A stretch of 64,000 nt of DNA from positions 10,452,923-10,516,922 of the forward strand of contig NC_083449.1 of NCBI RefSeq assembly GCF_020745735.1. The letters are read 5' to 3'. Below the pieces are notes generated by a model. That model saw nothing but the letters and a program-made list of their open reading frames with translations, was not told the DNA's origin and searched no databases. Within the stretch, counting starts at the first letter, position 1, and each line of letters begins with the position of its first letter. The position numbers and the translations under genes are program-made. This stretch comes from Hemiscyllium ocellatum. Lineage: Eukaryota. Of the stretch, positions 1 through 12,503 are shown piece after piece.

Positions 1-1375
1 ATTGTTAACGTGGTGCCACTATTTAAGAAAGGTGGTAAGGAAAATCCAGGGAACTACAGATCAGTGAGTCTGATGTCGGTGGTGGGCAAGATGTTGGAGG
101 GAATCCTGACAGACAGGATTGACATGCATTTGGTAAGGCAAGGACTGATTAGGGATAGTCAGCATGGCTTTGTGTGTGGGAAAACGTATGTCATGAACTT
201 GAATGAGTTGCTTTGAAGAAGTAACAGAGAGGATTGATGAGGTCAGAGTGGTGGATATGATCTACATGGCCTTCAGTAAGGCGTTTGACGAGGTTCTTCA
301 TGGGAGATTGGTTAGCAAGGTTAGATCTCATGGAATACAGAGAAGGTAGCCAATTGGATGCAGAACTTGCTTAATGGTAGAAGACAGGGGGTGGTGGTGA
401 TGGAGAGATGCTTTTCCAGACTGGAGGCCTGTGACCAGTGGTGTGCCACCAGTATCAGTGTTGGATCCACTGCTTTTCATCATTTATGTGAATGATTTGG
501 ATTTGAACATTGTTAGTATAGTTAATAAATTTGCAGATGACACCAAAATTGAACAGCAAAAAAGGTTCCTTCAAAGTACAACAGGGTCTTGATCAGATGG
601 GCCAATGGGCTTAGGAGTGACAGATGGAGGTTTATTCAGATAAATCTGGGGTCCTACATTTTGGAAAAGCAAATCAGGGCAGGACTTGTATACTTAATGG
701 TAAGATTGTAGGTAGTGTTGCTGAACAAAGAGACCTTGGAATGCAGGTTCATAGCTCCTTGAAAGTGGAGTCGCATGTAGATAGGATGTTGTCTTCATTG
801 GTCAGTGCATCGAGTGTAGGCATTGGGAGGTCATGTTGTGGCTGTGCAGGTCATTGGTGAGGCCAGTTTTGAAATACTGCATGCGATACTGGTTTCCTTC
901 GTATTGGAAGGATGTTGTGAAATGTTGAAGGGTTCAGAAAAGATTTACAAGGAATTTGTCAGGGTTGGAGGATTTGAGCTATAGAGAAAGGATGAACAAG
1001 CTAGGGCTGACCACATAGAGGTTTATAAAGTCATGAGGGTCAATGTCTCTTCCCTGAGGTGGGGGAAGTACAAACCTAGAGGCATTGGTTTAAGGTAAAT
1101 GGGGAAAAAAAATTAAATGGACCTAATTGCAACCTTTTCATGCATAAGATGGTATGAGTAAGGAATGAGCTGCCAGAGAAAGTGGAGAAGGGTGGTACGA
1201 TTACAACACTTAAAAGGCATCTGGATGGGTCCATGAATAGGGAGGGTTTAAAGGGATATGGGTCAAGTGCTGGAAAATGGGACTAGATTAGTTTCTGACA
1301 CCATTAGTTGGCATGGATGAGGAGGACCAAAGAGTCTGCTTCAGTGCTGTTCATCTCGATGACTCAATGGCTGTG
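1..1375 (+). mobile_element. CR1-type LINE, decayed 3' part of ORF2 (reverse transcriptase) and 3' UTR
   Basis: Fragments VPLFKKGGKENPGNYR, SQHGFV, FADDTK and VLHFGK with many stops and frameshifts. Ends in a GACTC-type tail. Confidence 0.9.
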
Positions 1376-1566
1376 AATGATAACATTTATTTGAAATCGG
1401 GTGGTGTGAATTGAGAATGGAGAGGATAAAAAAAGTTATAATTGCTTGGTGGTATTTGTCTAATCTTGTGAAAACTTCTCTTTAGAAATTGAGCTCCATG
1501 TGTGTCTAATTCAACTGCTCTGTGACTGTGGAAAGTATGTTTTTCAGTCTGACAGCGATAACATAC

Positions 1567-1648
1567 CTGCTGTTTGTTAGAAGGAACTGATCACACTTGG
1601 CTTCATACCAAGATAATGTTAGATTGTCTTGCTCCTTCATGTAATTGT
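1567..1648 (-). other. 82-nt exon of the unidentified multicopy gene family (copy A, distal exon)
   Basis: Minus strand reads ctcttcctccag|ACAATTAC...AACAGCAG|gtatgt. Homologous to five other copies. One frame gives (D)NYMKEQDNLTLSWYEAKCDQFLLTNSR. Confidence 0.55.
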
Positions 1649-1934
1649 CTGGAGGAAGAGAGAAGAGATATCCTCAACATCAAGTGAGTTTGACAGTATC
1701 AAACCTTTCAATGTAATATTCATTTTATAATCATGAGGCTGTGTTTCTTTCAAGCCAGCATTTCAAACAGAACATAGGTCTGACTCCATTCTTGGCCTGA
1801 GTTGCTCTTTGACTGGTGATTGTAACAAAAGAAATCTACACCAATTCACTGAGAACCAGATACTAACTAACACCTCTACAGCTCCACAATGGGGCTACCC
1901 AATACAAGTTTGTATCTGGATCTGAGAGTTTCCT

Positions 1935-3005
1935 TATCAATCCATACCTGTCAGTTCCTGCGAGGTGAATGTGGGAGTACGGCTGTCGACCTGTACCGGT
2001 CAGTATAGGCCATGCAAATGTGAGAGTTAATATAGTTATCAATCTCTCCCTGTCACTCTCTGAAATGTCCAAAATGTATTTACTAGAGAGTGACAGGGAC
2101 AGATTGATAACCACATTCACACATTCACGTAGTACAAACTGACAGGTGTAGATTGATAACTGAACCCATATCCACATAGTAGAAACTGACAGAGGCTGAT
2201 TGATAAATACATCTTAAATAAATAGGATCAATCCCTATGTGCTTCACTGATGGGGATGTGGGAGTTTAGTTATCAATGTATACCTGTTAGTTTCTGCCAT
2301 TGTGAATGTGTGAATTTACTTAACAATCTTTCCCTAACAGTTTCTGCTGTGTATCTGACAGTCAGTTTCAGCTTTGAGAATGGTGTCATTCTCAGTATCT
2401 CCCTGTCAGTTTCTGCTGTATGAATATTAAATGCAGTCGTCAACTTGTACCTGTCGGTATTTTCTGTGTGAATGTAGATATTGATCTCCACCTGTCAGTT
2501 TTAGCTATAATCAATTTCTCAGTGCAATTATCAAACAGTACCTGTCAGGTTTTGCTATTTGACACCAGAGTGTCATTGTCAATCTGCTTCTATTTCATCA
2601 ATCTGAGAGAGTCAATACCAATCTGTCCCTGTCAGATTCATCCCTGTCAATATGTGAATAGTTATCATTTCTACCTGTGTAATTGTCAATCTGTACCTTT
2701 CAGACTCTGCTGTGTGAATACATAAATATAGTTATCAATCTATAGCTGTCAGTTTCTACTTGGTGACTATGTCTGTGTAATTGTCAATTCCGACCAGTTG
2801 ATGCTATGTGAATGTATGAGCTGATCTTTCATCTGTCACTATCAATTTCTGCTTTGTGAATAAGAGAGTTTAGTTATCAATCCTTCCTGTCAGGTACTGT
2901 AATGTCAGGGTTTGAATGTATTTATTCATCTTTTCCTGTCAGGTTGTGTGACTGTAGCTATCAACCTGTACCTCTCAGATTCTGCGACATGTGAGTGTAG
3001 TTATC
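1935..3005. repeat. Degenerate ~48-bp minisatellite (approx. agttatcaatctgtacctgtcagtttctgctgtgtgaatgtgagagtgt) with an internal inverted block at ~2085-2215
   Basis: Recurrent tatcaatc..cctgtcagtttctgct..gtgaat. Resumes at ~3560-3830 and ~4515-5010. Confidence 0.85.
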
Positions 3006-3009
3006 CACT

Positions 3010-3555
3010 TGATTTGATCTAATTTATTATTGTCACATGTACAGAGATTCAATGAAAAGTATTGTTTTGCGTACCTTACAGGTAGATCATATCATACAAA
3101 GTGCATTAGGGTAATAGAATAGCACCTGGAGTGAAGTATTAATGCTGCAGAGAAGGTGCAGAGAGAGAGATTAACATTAACCTTTGAGAGGTGCATTCAA
3201 AAGTCTAATAACAGCACAGAATCAGCTCATGAATCTGTTGGATGGTATATTCAAACTTCTGTATTTTCTACCTGACAGACTAGTGTGGAGGAGCATAGAA
3301 CCAGGGTCACATGGGTCTTTGATCATGTTGGTTGCTTTCCCAACACAGGAGGAAGTATAAATGGAGCCTTTGGATGGAAGGCTGCTTTCACCGATGGATT
3401 GGGCTGTGTTCACAACTGACTGTAATTTCTTGTGGTCTTGGGCAGAACAGTAGCCATACCACACTGTGACACATCCAGATAGGTGGTGTGCATCGATAAA
3501 AATTTGCAGGAGTCTTTATAGACACGGTGAATTTCCTTAGCCTCCTGAGGAAATT
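3010..3555 (-). mobile_element. Rex1/Babar-like non-LTR retrotransposon, 3' fragment
   Basis: ORF 3222-3464 reads WYGYCSAQDHKKLQSVVNTAQSIG, typical of the Rex1/Babar ORF C-terminus. Partial paralog at ~50320-50780. Confidence 0.65.
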
Positions 3556-3827
3556 TGTTTGGTGAATATGTTTGAGTAATTGTCAACCTAGGCCTGTCAG
3601 CTTCTGCTATGTGAATAGGAGAAGTTAAAAACTAACAGTCCCTGTCAGGTTTTGCTTTGTGAAGGTTTAGTTAAGAATCCTTCCCAATCAGGGTCCGAAT
3701 TGTAAATGTGAGTGTATTTATCAACATTTGCCTGACAAATTTTCTTTTGAGAACATGTGAATGTAGTTATTAATTTTCCCTGGTAGTTTCTGCTCTGCGA
3801 ATATGAAAATGTAGTTATTAATCTCTA

Positions 3828-4515
3828 AATGAAAACCAAAAGAACTGCAGATGCTGGAAATCAGAAACAAAATCAAATTGTTGGAAAAGCTCAGCAGGTC
3901 TGACAGAGTCTGTGGACAGAAATCATAGTTAAAACATCCAGTCCAGTAACCCTTCCTGAGAATTGATGGGAGCCCAGAAATGATTAGTTTTTCTGGAGAA
4001 AGTAGGGTATGTTGAAGGGTCAGGAGTAAATGGTAGACGGATACAGAATCCAAAGAATACAGTCAGACGAGGAAGGTGAATCACCATTAACAGGGACTGT
4101 TAGTGACTGTTGGTGTAGAATAGCAGACCTTATGATAACAAGGCCTGGTGTGAGAGGTTCTGGGTAATGACATGGGAGAGCTCTAGCCCTAGTTGTAGAA
4201 CTCAATATTGGGTCCAGAAGGCTGTTGTATTCCCAAGCAGAAAATGAGGTACTGTTCTTCCAGTTTGCACTGAGTTTTAACTGGAGCACTGCAGCAGGCC
4301 TGAGGCAGAGATGTTCATCAGGGAACTGGGTGGTGTGTTGAAGTGGCAGGCAAGTGGAAGCTCAGGGTCTTGTTTTCTGGACAGAATGTTTGGCAAAGTG
4401 GACACCCAATCTCCACTCAGTTTCCCTAGAATAGGGAAGACCATGTGGCAGCTAGAAAAATGTACACACTCAGTTCTGAGGAAGGGTCACTAGACCTCAC
4501 ATGTAACTCTGATTT
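3828..4515 (-). mobile_element. Penelope-like element, 3' fragment with an inverted partial terminal repeat at ~4470-4515
   Basis: A minus frame reads TQCKLEEQYLIFCLGIQQPSGPNIEFYN (PLE GIY-YIG C-terminus). Terminal repeat at 3828-3965. Oppositely oriented ctgaggaagggtcactagacct at ~4476. Confidence 0.75.
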
Positions 4516-5099
4516 TTTGTGTTATCAATCTCTACCTGTCAGTTTCTTCTGTGAATATGAGAGTGTCATTATCAAACCATACATGTCAATTTAAGTAATT
4601 TGAAACTGAGTGTTATCAATCAGTTCCAGTAAGTTTCTGTTTTGTGAATGAGAATGTCTTCCTCTGAAATGTCCTGCCATGTGTATTTGAGTGTGATTGA
4701 CCAATTTGTCCCCGTTATACTCTGCTCTGTGTAACTCAGGATGTAGCTGTGAATCTGTATTTGTCAACATCTAGTTTATAAATGTGCAAATGCATTCATC
4801 AGATTGTACCTGCCAGTGTTTTGAAGTGTGTGTGGGGGTTTGTGTGTTTAAGTATCATGCTCTCCATTTCAGTTTATGCAGAATGTGAGAGAGCAGCCAT
4901 CAATCTCCGCCTGTCAGTTTTTGTTATGTCCACGAGAGAGTTCAGGAATTGAGCTAACCTTGTCAGTTTGTGCTGTGTGACTGAACGTCAAGTCCTTAAT
5001 CAGTACCAGTCACTTTCAACTCTTACGCGTCAAAAATTGCTTAATTCACTGACAGCCAATAATATTCAATGAGTCCAATGGTGACAAGGAATCTATTTT

Positions 5100-5290
5100 T
5101 GTTTGCCATCTGGTTCACTAATGTCCTTAAAGGAAGGAAGCTGCCATCCTTACCTGTTCTGGCCTACATGTGTCTCCAGACCCACAGCAATGTGGCTGAC
5201 ACATAACTACTCCCTGGGCAGTTAGGGATGGGCAATAAATGCTGGCCTCGCCAGTGATTATCTCATCCCATGAATGAATTTAGGAAAAAG
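5100..5290 (+). mobile_element. SINE/LINE 3' tail fragment (ctggttcactaatgtcc...gggcaataaatgctggc...gaatgaat)
   Basis: Typical chondrichthyan retroposon tail. Paralog at ~54680-54850. Confidence 0.6.
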
Positions 5291-8144
5291 AATTCTCTGT
5301 GACTGTGATTGATTCTATGATAGATTCTGTGATAGTAGATTTTAGGGTGTTGTGATTGGGCATTAATCTCTAATGCATTATGTCATTTATGGTAGAGTCA
5401 CAGAATTGGTCCAACCAATTTGTGTCCAGACTGGGACATTCTGTTCTTCACCTATTCTCCATACTAGTTTCCAGTAACTGTTGGGATTTTGAACTTTATG
5501 CTCTAACTGCCAGTATCTCTATGTAAATGCTAATTTGAGATTATTTCTGCAGTTACCTGTCTTTGATAACTATAGTGCCAGTTTAGTTCTGTGGGCAATA
5601 GCATCAGGTAGAGTATGTGGATCTCATTCTCTTTCCATGTTCAGTTGTGTTTTTTTGGTCTGAGTGTAGGATAATCTTGATCAATATTCACTAACCTTTT
5701 GTGATTGAGGGGTTAATGTTATCTTTGCCATGAATCTGAATTTTATTGCATTCAGACTTTTTAAATATATTTTGTGTATGCAGTAATCTTTATTTTTTGC
5801 TGCTGGACACTAATGTTTAACATCTGACACTAACTGAAACGATTAATGGTTTGGTGAATCAATTTATAACTGTCCATATTTGGAAATACCTGGGTCTAAA
5901 TTTCTTTTTTTTTCCCCTTTCAGTATTAACTGGCTGTGTGTGAGTGAGTTTTCTGTTGTGCTGCCAATCTGTATCACTTTAAAGGAGTGGCACTGGTCTA
6001 TATCACACTGACACTTTTTTTTAATGTCGCCTTGTGTTTCCCTTTCTGCATGTCATGATCTGATACATTTTATGAGGTGGGTTTAATGCCTTTTAAATCA
6101 GTGTTTCATATATTTAAAAAGTATGGAAATGCTTCTGCATTACTCAGGTCCTCAACCACAATGTGAATGTGGAGAAAATGTGCGTTCATCAGCACCAGGC
6201 TCAGTGAGACAATAAGATTCATTTACTCTCTGATACTAGATATCAATGCGCTCCTTATTCTTGGTTATTGTGTTTCACAGTGCTTCAGTGTCATCCAAAT
6301 TGAAATATGTCATTTTTAGTAACTGCTACTGTACTTCAGTGTTCAAACTTCTGCTACTTGACATGTATGAGGTACTATCCATTTCCACTGTAGTCAGCTC
6401 CTGTTGTGAAAGTGGATGTGTTTGTATATCCGTTAATCTCTGGCACTGCATATGTAGTTCGATAATGTCCACAGCCAATGTTCTTAAGCTTTAGCCTGTA
6501 GGATCCAGGGACAACTGAACATGCAACACATTGCAGCAGAAAAGCATCTGTGCTTTATTTTAGAATCAAGGGGAGAAAAGCAATGGACTTTTGTAACTCC
6601 TATAGTGCAGAGTCTAACAAGGAACAATGTGGATATCCAGGTCTGGTTTTCAGAATGCTTTCAATTTTTGCATTGTGATACGTTTTAACCAATGAATTAA
6701 TGATCAGTATTCACCGAACCCATTTGCAACGAAGTGAACACTTCAACTGCATTCCAGCTGACTGACCACAGTGTTCCTTGTACAGGAAAGAGAATTGGCC
6801 AATTCTATTTTATTTACCAATGTGGACAGGATCTGGTGCAAGCCACTAGCAGACTCTTGTGTCGCTCTATGGTAGGGAGGGGAAAATCAAAAGGTCTTTT
6901 ATTTTCCACCATTCTGTGAAGAATAGTTCAATAAATTGAATTTAACAATTTTAAGTATCAACTCCTGTTGGAAAAAAAAAGGGCAGCTTGACAAACCTGC
7001 AAATTTTGGCTTTCTCTTTCATTCTACAATGATTTAAATAGTAATGATCCGATTCCAATGACTCCTTCAGAAAACTATATCCTGATTCCTCGCTTTTTTT
7101 TGTACTATAATGAAGGGAGGGTCAAGAGGAATGCAGGGCTCTTCATAGAAAATCAAAACGAATTTTGAAATACATATAGAATAATTAAAAAAAAACTTCC
7201 TTGCTGGACAGAAAAATAAAATAACTACAAAATGATGAAATGGAGAATGAGGTTACGATACAGATGGAGATGACAGCTTCTCTGCTGCCATGATAGTTTT
7301 ACGAAAATGGAATGCTGGTTGAAAGGAATTAGAATTGTTAGCTCAGTCAACTGTTATGTTGTTATAGACTGTCTTTGATCAGTCAGACTTAATAATTTCA
7401 AGAGACTTATTCTGTGCTGTAAATTTCTTTGACTTGAGATCGGAGAGTAGAAATCAGTTTGATGAAATGCTTTCTGCTAGTTGCGGTGTATATGGATTTT
7501 CATTACTTTTAGATGTTGTAATGAGTATTTCAGGATGCCGTACAAATTTGCAACAATTGTAAATCAGTCATTAGCTGTGTGAGAGAGAATGTTGTGTGTG
7601 CATATGTATGCAAGCACACATAAGAGTGTGGGTTGGAGATGGTGGTTGTGTGTACTTCAGGCTTTGGCTCAGAGTTCATTTGGAATTTACACTGTTTAGT
7701 TGTGCCTTTCATATAGGATTTCTATTTATCAAAAAAATAATTTTATCCTTCTCAGTTACTGATAATGCCAAAGTTTCCTTCTATATTTCCAGAAATCCTT
7801 GCTTTAACAATGTAACAGAATGATCTGTTTGTTCACCTTGACTGTAACTTTAAAATTGCCTGCATTACATCTGGAGTTAATACAGTTCCTGAATGTATAT
7901 TTCATAAGAGGATACAATCTCTCCCTCTTCTGATATTGCAAATGATAATTGACTAAGCATCATGGCATTTATTGGAACTGAGTTGTTGTGCATTGAGTAT
8001 AGGGAGAAATCAAGAAATATATTGCATCAGTTGTGTTTGACTCTTGGATTGAATGTATACTTCTGGAAATTAAGCTCAGTGTATTTGACTCAATCCACTC
8101 TGACTGTGGAAAGGATGTTCTCCAATCTGACAAGAGTAACATAC

Positions 8145-8225
8145 CTGCTGGTTGTTAAAAGCACTGGTCACACTTGGCTTTGTTCTGAGGAAATATTACA
8201 TTGTCTTGGTCCATCAATCATTTGC
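8145..8225 (-). other. 81-nt exon of the unidentified gene family (copy A, exon 2)
   Basis: cttcctccag|GCAAATG...ACCAGCAG|gtatgt on the minus strand. Confidence 0.55.
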
Positions 8226-8294
8226 CTGGAGGAAGACAAGAGGGATATTTCCTGTAAATCACCATCAGCTAAGTAGAAAGACATCAACTGATCA

Positions 8295-8401
8295 GCTTCT
8301 CCATTCCTGAAGAAGTGCTTATGCCCGAAACGTTGAATCTCCTGTTCCTTGGATGCTGCCTGACCTGCTGCGCTTTTCCAGCAACACATTTTTAAGCAGC
8401 A
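8295..8401 (+). mobile_element. 107-bp Penelope terminal-repeat mini-insertion with a hammerhead motif
   Basis: 12-bp TSD atcaactgatca (8283-8294, 8402-8413). Absent from the paralog at ~62470. Contains attc-CTGAAGA-a-gtgc ttat gccc-GAAA-cg-TT-gaat. Confidence 0.85.
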
Positions 8402-8922
8402 ATCAACTGATCAATGCAATATTCAGGTCATGACCATGATAATTCTTTATTTTTAAACCGGACAAGATGAACAGAGCAAGGAATAGTTACAGTCTAGCTC
8501 TGAGCTCCTCCCAGTCTTTTTTTCTGTTAGCGAAATTCTAAAACAATTTACGAATGTACAAAAACTAACCACCATCTGCAAGTTCAATATTCAGTTCCCA
8601 ATACATTAACTGTTGAAGGAAGAACAACAGGCACTACTCTCACATTTAGATAGTGTCCTTTAATTACCTACTACTCAATGTCTATTCGCAACAAACAGCA
8701 TGAAATAAAAGCCAAATAATGAAGTTCCATCAGAGTTTAGGTAATAAAACACCACAAGAATGTCCCACAGCAGCTTCTTCCCGCTCTGCCTCCCTCAGCA
8801 GGCCCACACCCAGCCCGAGAAAGGCCTCTCTCTTCCCCCCAGCCCGCTCAGTCCAAGTTCCGGGACTAGTTCCTGCTCCGCTCGGCCTCTTACAAACAGC
8901 CCCCGGTTCTCCCTGAACTCAC

Positions 8923-9175
8923 CCCGAATCAATCCCGGTCTCGGAGCCCCTTCTGTATCACAGGCTCCCATCCCGATGTGCTGCTGGAAGGAGCCTGCTG
9001 TTCCCTCGCTTCCCTGGGCGCTGATCTCTCCATTGCGGTCTGTTTCAAACAAACCTCTTGCACTCACTGAGTAAATGCTCTTCAATGACAGCGGCGGAGG
9101 AAGGCCTCACGCATGCGCTCCTTTCGTCAGAGAACAGTCAGCTTTGGAGGAAGGCCAGCATCGTGCATGCGCCTA
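8923..9175 (-). promoter_or_regulatory. GC-rich promoter and putative first exon of the unidentified gene family, copy A
   Basis: NRF1-like acgcatgcgc (9109-9118) and tgcatgcgc (~9164). Exon ends at CGGG|gtgagt (8923). Four homologous copies in the window. Confidence 0.6.
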
Positions 9176-9369
9176 AGGATGCAGGAATAAATTATACACA
9201 TTAAACTGACTGTGACAGCAGCGGCGATAAATCCAGCGCAATAGCGGGGATTGGGATTAAAGCACAAATATTATTTCCAAAAAAGGGAATGTTTCCTCTC
9301 GAGCAGAGATGACTGCGGTGGGAACACGTGAATAAAGTATAAACGATTTATGAGGCTTGTGGGCCAGGA

Positions 9370-9610
9370 TGAATAGAGAGAAGCTGTTTTCCTTGTTTGA
9401 GCGAGCAATCACAAGTGGTGCTTGGGTGATGATATGGTAAGGATTCTCGCTATGGTGAAGGGTTAGATGTGAAGATATTGAGGGAATTTCAGAAAAATCT
9501 TTTCACTCAGAAAGTGGTGGAAGTTTGGAAGACACTGCATGCGAAGGTAGTGGAGACCAGAAACCTTAGCCTTTAAAAAGTATTTGGATGAGTACTTAAA
9601 ATGTCAGTTC
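9370..9610 (+). mobile_element. Old CR1 3' fragment (paralog ~61340-61580)
   Basis: tttcactcagaaagtggtggaagtttggaa...tttaaaaagtatttggatgagtactt. Confidence 0.6.
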
Positions 9611-11243
9611 CAGAGCCACTATTCACGGTGGGATAGGAACGGTGAATATTTCCCCAGGCAAACCAAAAAGAAACGTGTCTCCGTCTTTGAGTACTAGGAG
9701 CAGATACGGTCCATGCCTTTAGTTCTATGTCTAGTAGACTCGAAACTGGGTCTCTGGCGTTGTTTTCTCCGATTTCAGATTACAGTAAATGAGGCTTTCT
9801 GCTGTCGGTGAGAGATTATCAAAATGAACCGAGATCAAGCCAGAGCAGTTGCAGGACTGGGACAGTGAATGTGGAATTTTTGCTGATGTCAGAACTAGTG
9901 CAAATTAAAATAATGTCTAAAGACGATTAACGAGCTCAGTCGGAAGAACGTTCTGTAATGTTGAATCAACATATTGAAGTGCTTCCGAAATGTGAAATGA
10001 AGAGATTAATTGCAGATTGCAGTTCTTGGCGCGTGTATTTGTTTCTGCCAGTTCTTCAGGTCCAGAGAGAAAAAAAATAGGGAGAGATGCAAATGAATGA
10101 GCGAGAGAGATTGTCTGAAGTATATATTTATAACCTAATTAACAAGTGTTGATGAATTCCCCTCTAAGCAACGTTCTCCTTTTTATATACATCATTTTTC
10201 TACGTAAACATACTCCGTTATTTGTGAAATGGCGGGCTTTTCAAATTGGAAGGAAAAGTGTTGATGATTTGGCGCTGACATCAGAGTGGAGAATGTGCCC
10301 TCTCTTCTCTGCCTCTCGGAAGCATATTAAATACCATTGAATCTTTGATTTCTTTCTGTTTGCTGCTATTTGTCAAGTCACTCTCTAATATTTGATTATT
10401 CCAGGAGGGACAAGCCGTGGTTGGGGTGTGAGCCCTGAGTGTCACCACTCGGAAACAAAAGAAGTGCTCCTTTTCTTACAGACCCATGGATAGATACATT
10501 ACACATTTTTATTTTAATTTCCAAAACTCCGCGCGGGTTCCGTTGTGTTGCAGAATAGTGTAAATGAGGCTTTCTGCTGTCTGTTAGAAGCTTTCAAAAT
10601 GAACCGAGATCGAACCAGAACAGTTGCCGGACTGTGATTTTTAATGAGCTTTTGCAATAAAGGGGGCACGGTATTAAAATAATATCTAAAGGCGGTGTTC
10701 GTTATTAATGCGCATTGCGCCGAAGAACTTTCGTGAAATCCTCACAGGGCTGAATGATGTTATTCATTCCCTCCGAAGACAATCTCGAATCTTTCAAATA
10801 GCTTCTAGACTCATTACTGGAAAAAAAATTGCAAATTAATGACTAAATACGAATGCTTCCTTCTCGAATCTACATTTTGGCAGGATTTTCAAATTTGAAA
10901 GAAAACGGTTGATGATTTGGCGCCATGTTTTCCCGCCTGCTTTCTCAGCAATGATCATATAGTTACAGCTGGTGGGAACACCAAGGGGCACAGAGGGAAT
11001 TTAATCCCGGAATTAATACTGCGCTACTATAATGAAGCATGTGAAAGTTATATAACATTCACAGCGGCGTATATTCTAATCACTGCCGCTTGTGCGATCT
11101 GTGTCTTCAACGAGATCCCCTGAAATGTATTACTGACGTGACGCCTGTCCCTTTTAATATCATTCAAAGCCATGTTCCAACGTCTGCAATCGCTTGACTG
11201 GTGCTTTATTGTTTACTAACTTTATTGTTCAACTGACTCCCTA

Positions 11244-11642
<399 letters not shown>

Positions 11643-11961
11643 TCAGCCCACAGAAAAGCAGCTCTGGAAGGGACAGAAAGGGCAGGAAAAGAATTGTTGG
11701 AATCTGATTGGTTCACTGGAAATGACAGTTGGTCAATTTCAAAATACCCGCCGAATTCACCCTCACAAACTTTGAGATTAAAGTAACCATTAAAACGCAA
11801 AACACAATCGGTCTGCAACTCAGATAGAATTTAATATTTTATAGTAACTCGTTAAAACCTAATTAGCAATCAGCGCGGGCAGGAGGCGGTATCATTGCCT
11901 GATCTGCCTGTCACAAGCAGGAGGAAAGGCGGGGTTTAAAACAGCCCAGGCAAACTGAACG

Positions 11962-12040
11962 GGGAGAATGTGCAAACTCCACTCAGAAGTCCATGGCGCT
12001 GAGGCATCAGTGCTAACCTCTGAACCACCGTGTCGCCCCT
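11962..12040 (-). mobile_element. HE1-like SINE fragment
   Basis: ggggagaatgtgcaaactccac...ggcgctgaggcatcagtgctaac. Confidence 0.7.
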
Positions 12041-12426
12041 GGGTTTTTTTTGTGTATTACCCCCAGATTGTAACGAGCCCGACGACAATGTGGGATTGCT
12101 GCGTGAACTGTCTGTAAGAGGCAGATGGAAGGAACACGCCATGAAAACATCCGCAGGGTCTATCAAAACTGAACAAAGTAACACTCCTGAACGGGTCAAT
12201 GAAATACAAATACTACACTATGTCACATTCGTGACTCGGTAGCTATAAGTCGCGAAGTGAAATAACTAGACGGAGATCAATAAACTCTCTCTATATGATA
12301 CCTTTCCCATTCACAGGTCGCCGCTCTCGTAAACCATGGCATGAGTGTGTATTTCAGTTATTCAGATCAATTAACATCTCAGGTAGATTTGTTTGGCGTC
12401 GGGACAGGGAACATTGGATCCGGCCT

Positions 12427-12467
12427 CAGCTCTTTCCTGAGATTTGTGGGTGGCTCTGATAAGAGCC
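12427..12467 (-). terminator. Histone 3' stem-loop and U7-binding downstream element of H1
   Basis: Minus strand CCAAA-GGCTCTTATCAGAGCC-ACCCA (stem-loop 12452-12467) and AAAGAGCTG (12427-12435). Confidence 0.95.
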
Positions 12468-12503
12468 TTTGGGTTCAGATGGTTACATGTTACACTGACT
12501 GGT

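Noticed and set aside
1935-3005. 48-bp repeats as a CRISPR array or as C2H2 zinc-finger linkers (IHTAET resembles IHTGEK)
   Set aside because: Units are degenerate along their whole length with no unique spacers and no cas genes. The 16-codon period and lack of a Cys/His pattern do not fit 28-aa fingers.
8719-9085. Unspliced ~100-aa ORFs over the four GC-rich units (MSHSSFFPLCLP..., M(K/R)SIYSVS...)
   Set aside because: Open on both strands because of GC content, often with non-ATG starts, and they run through a conserved splice donor. Their recurrence reflects duplication.
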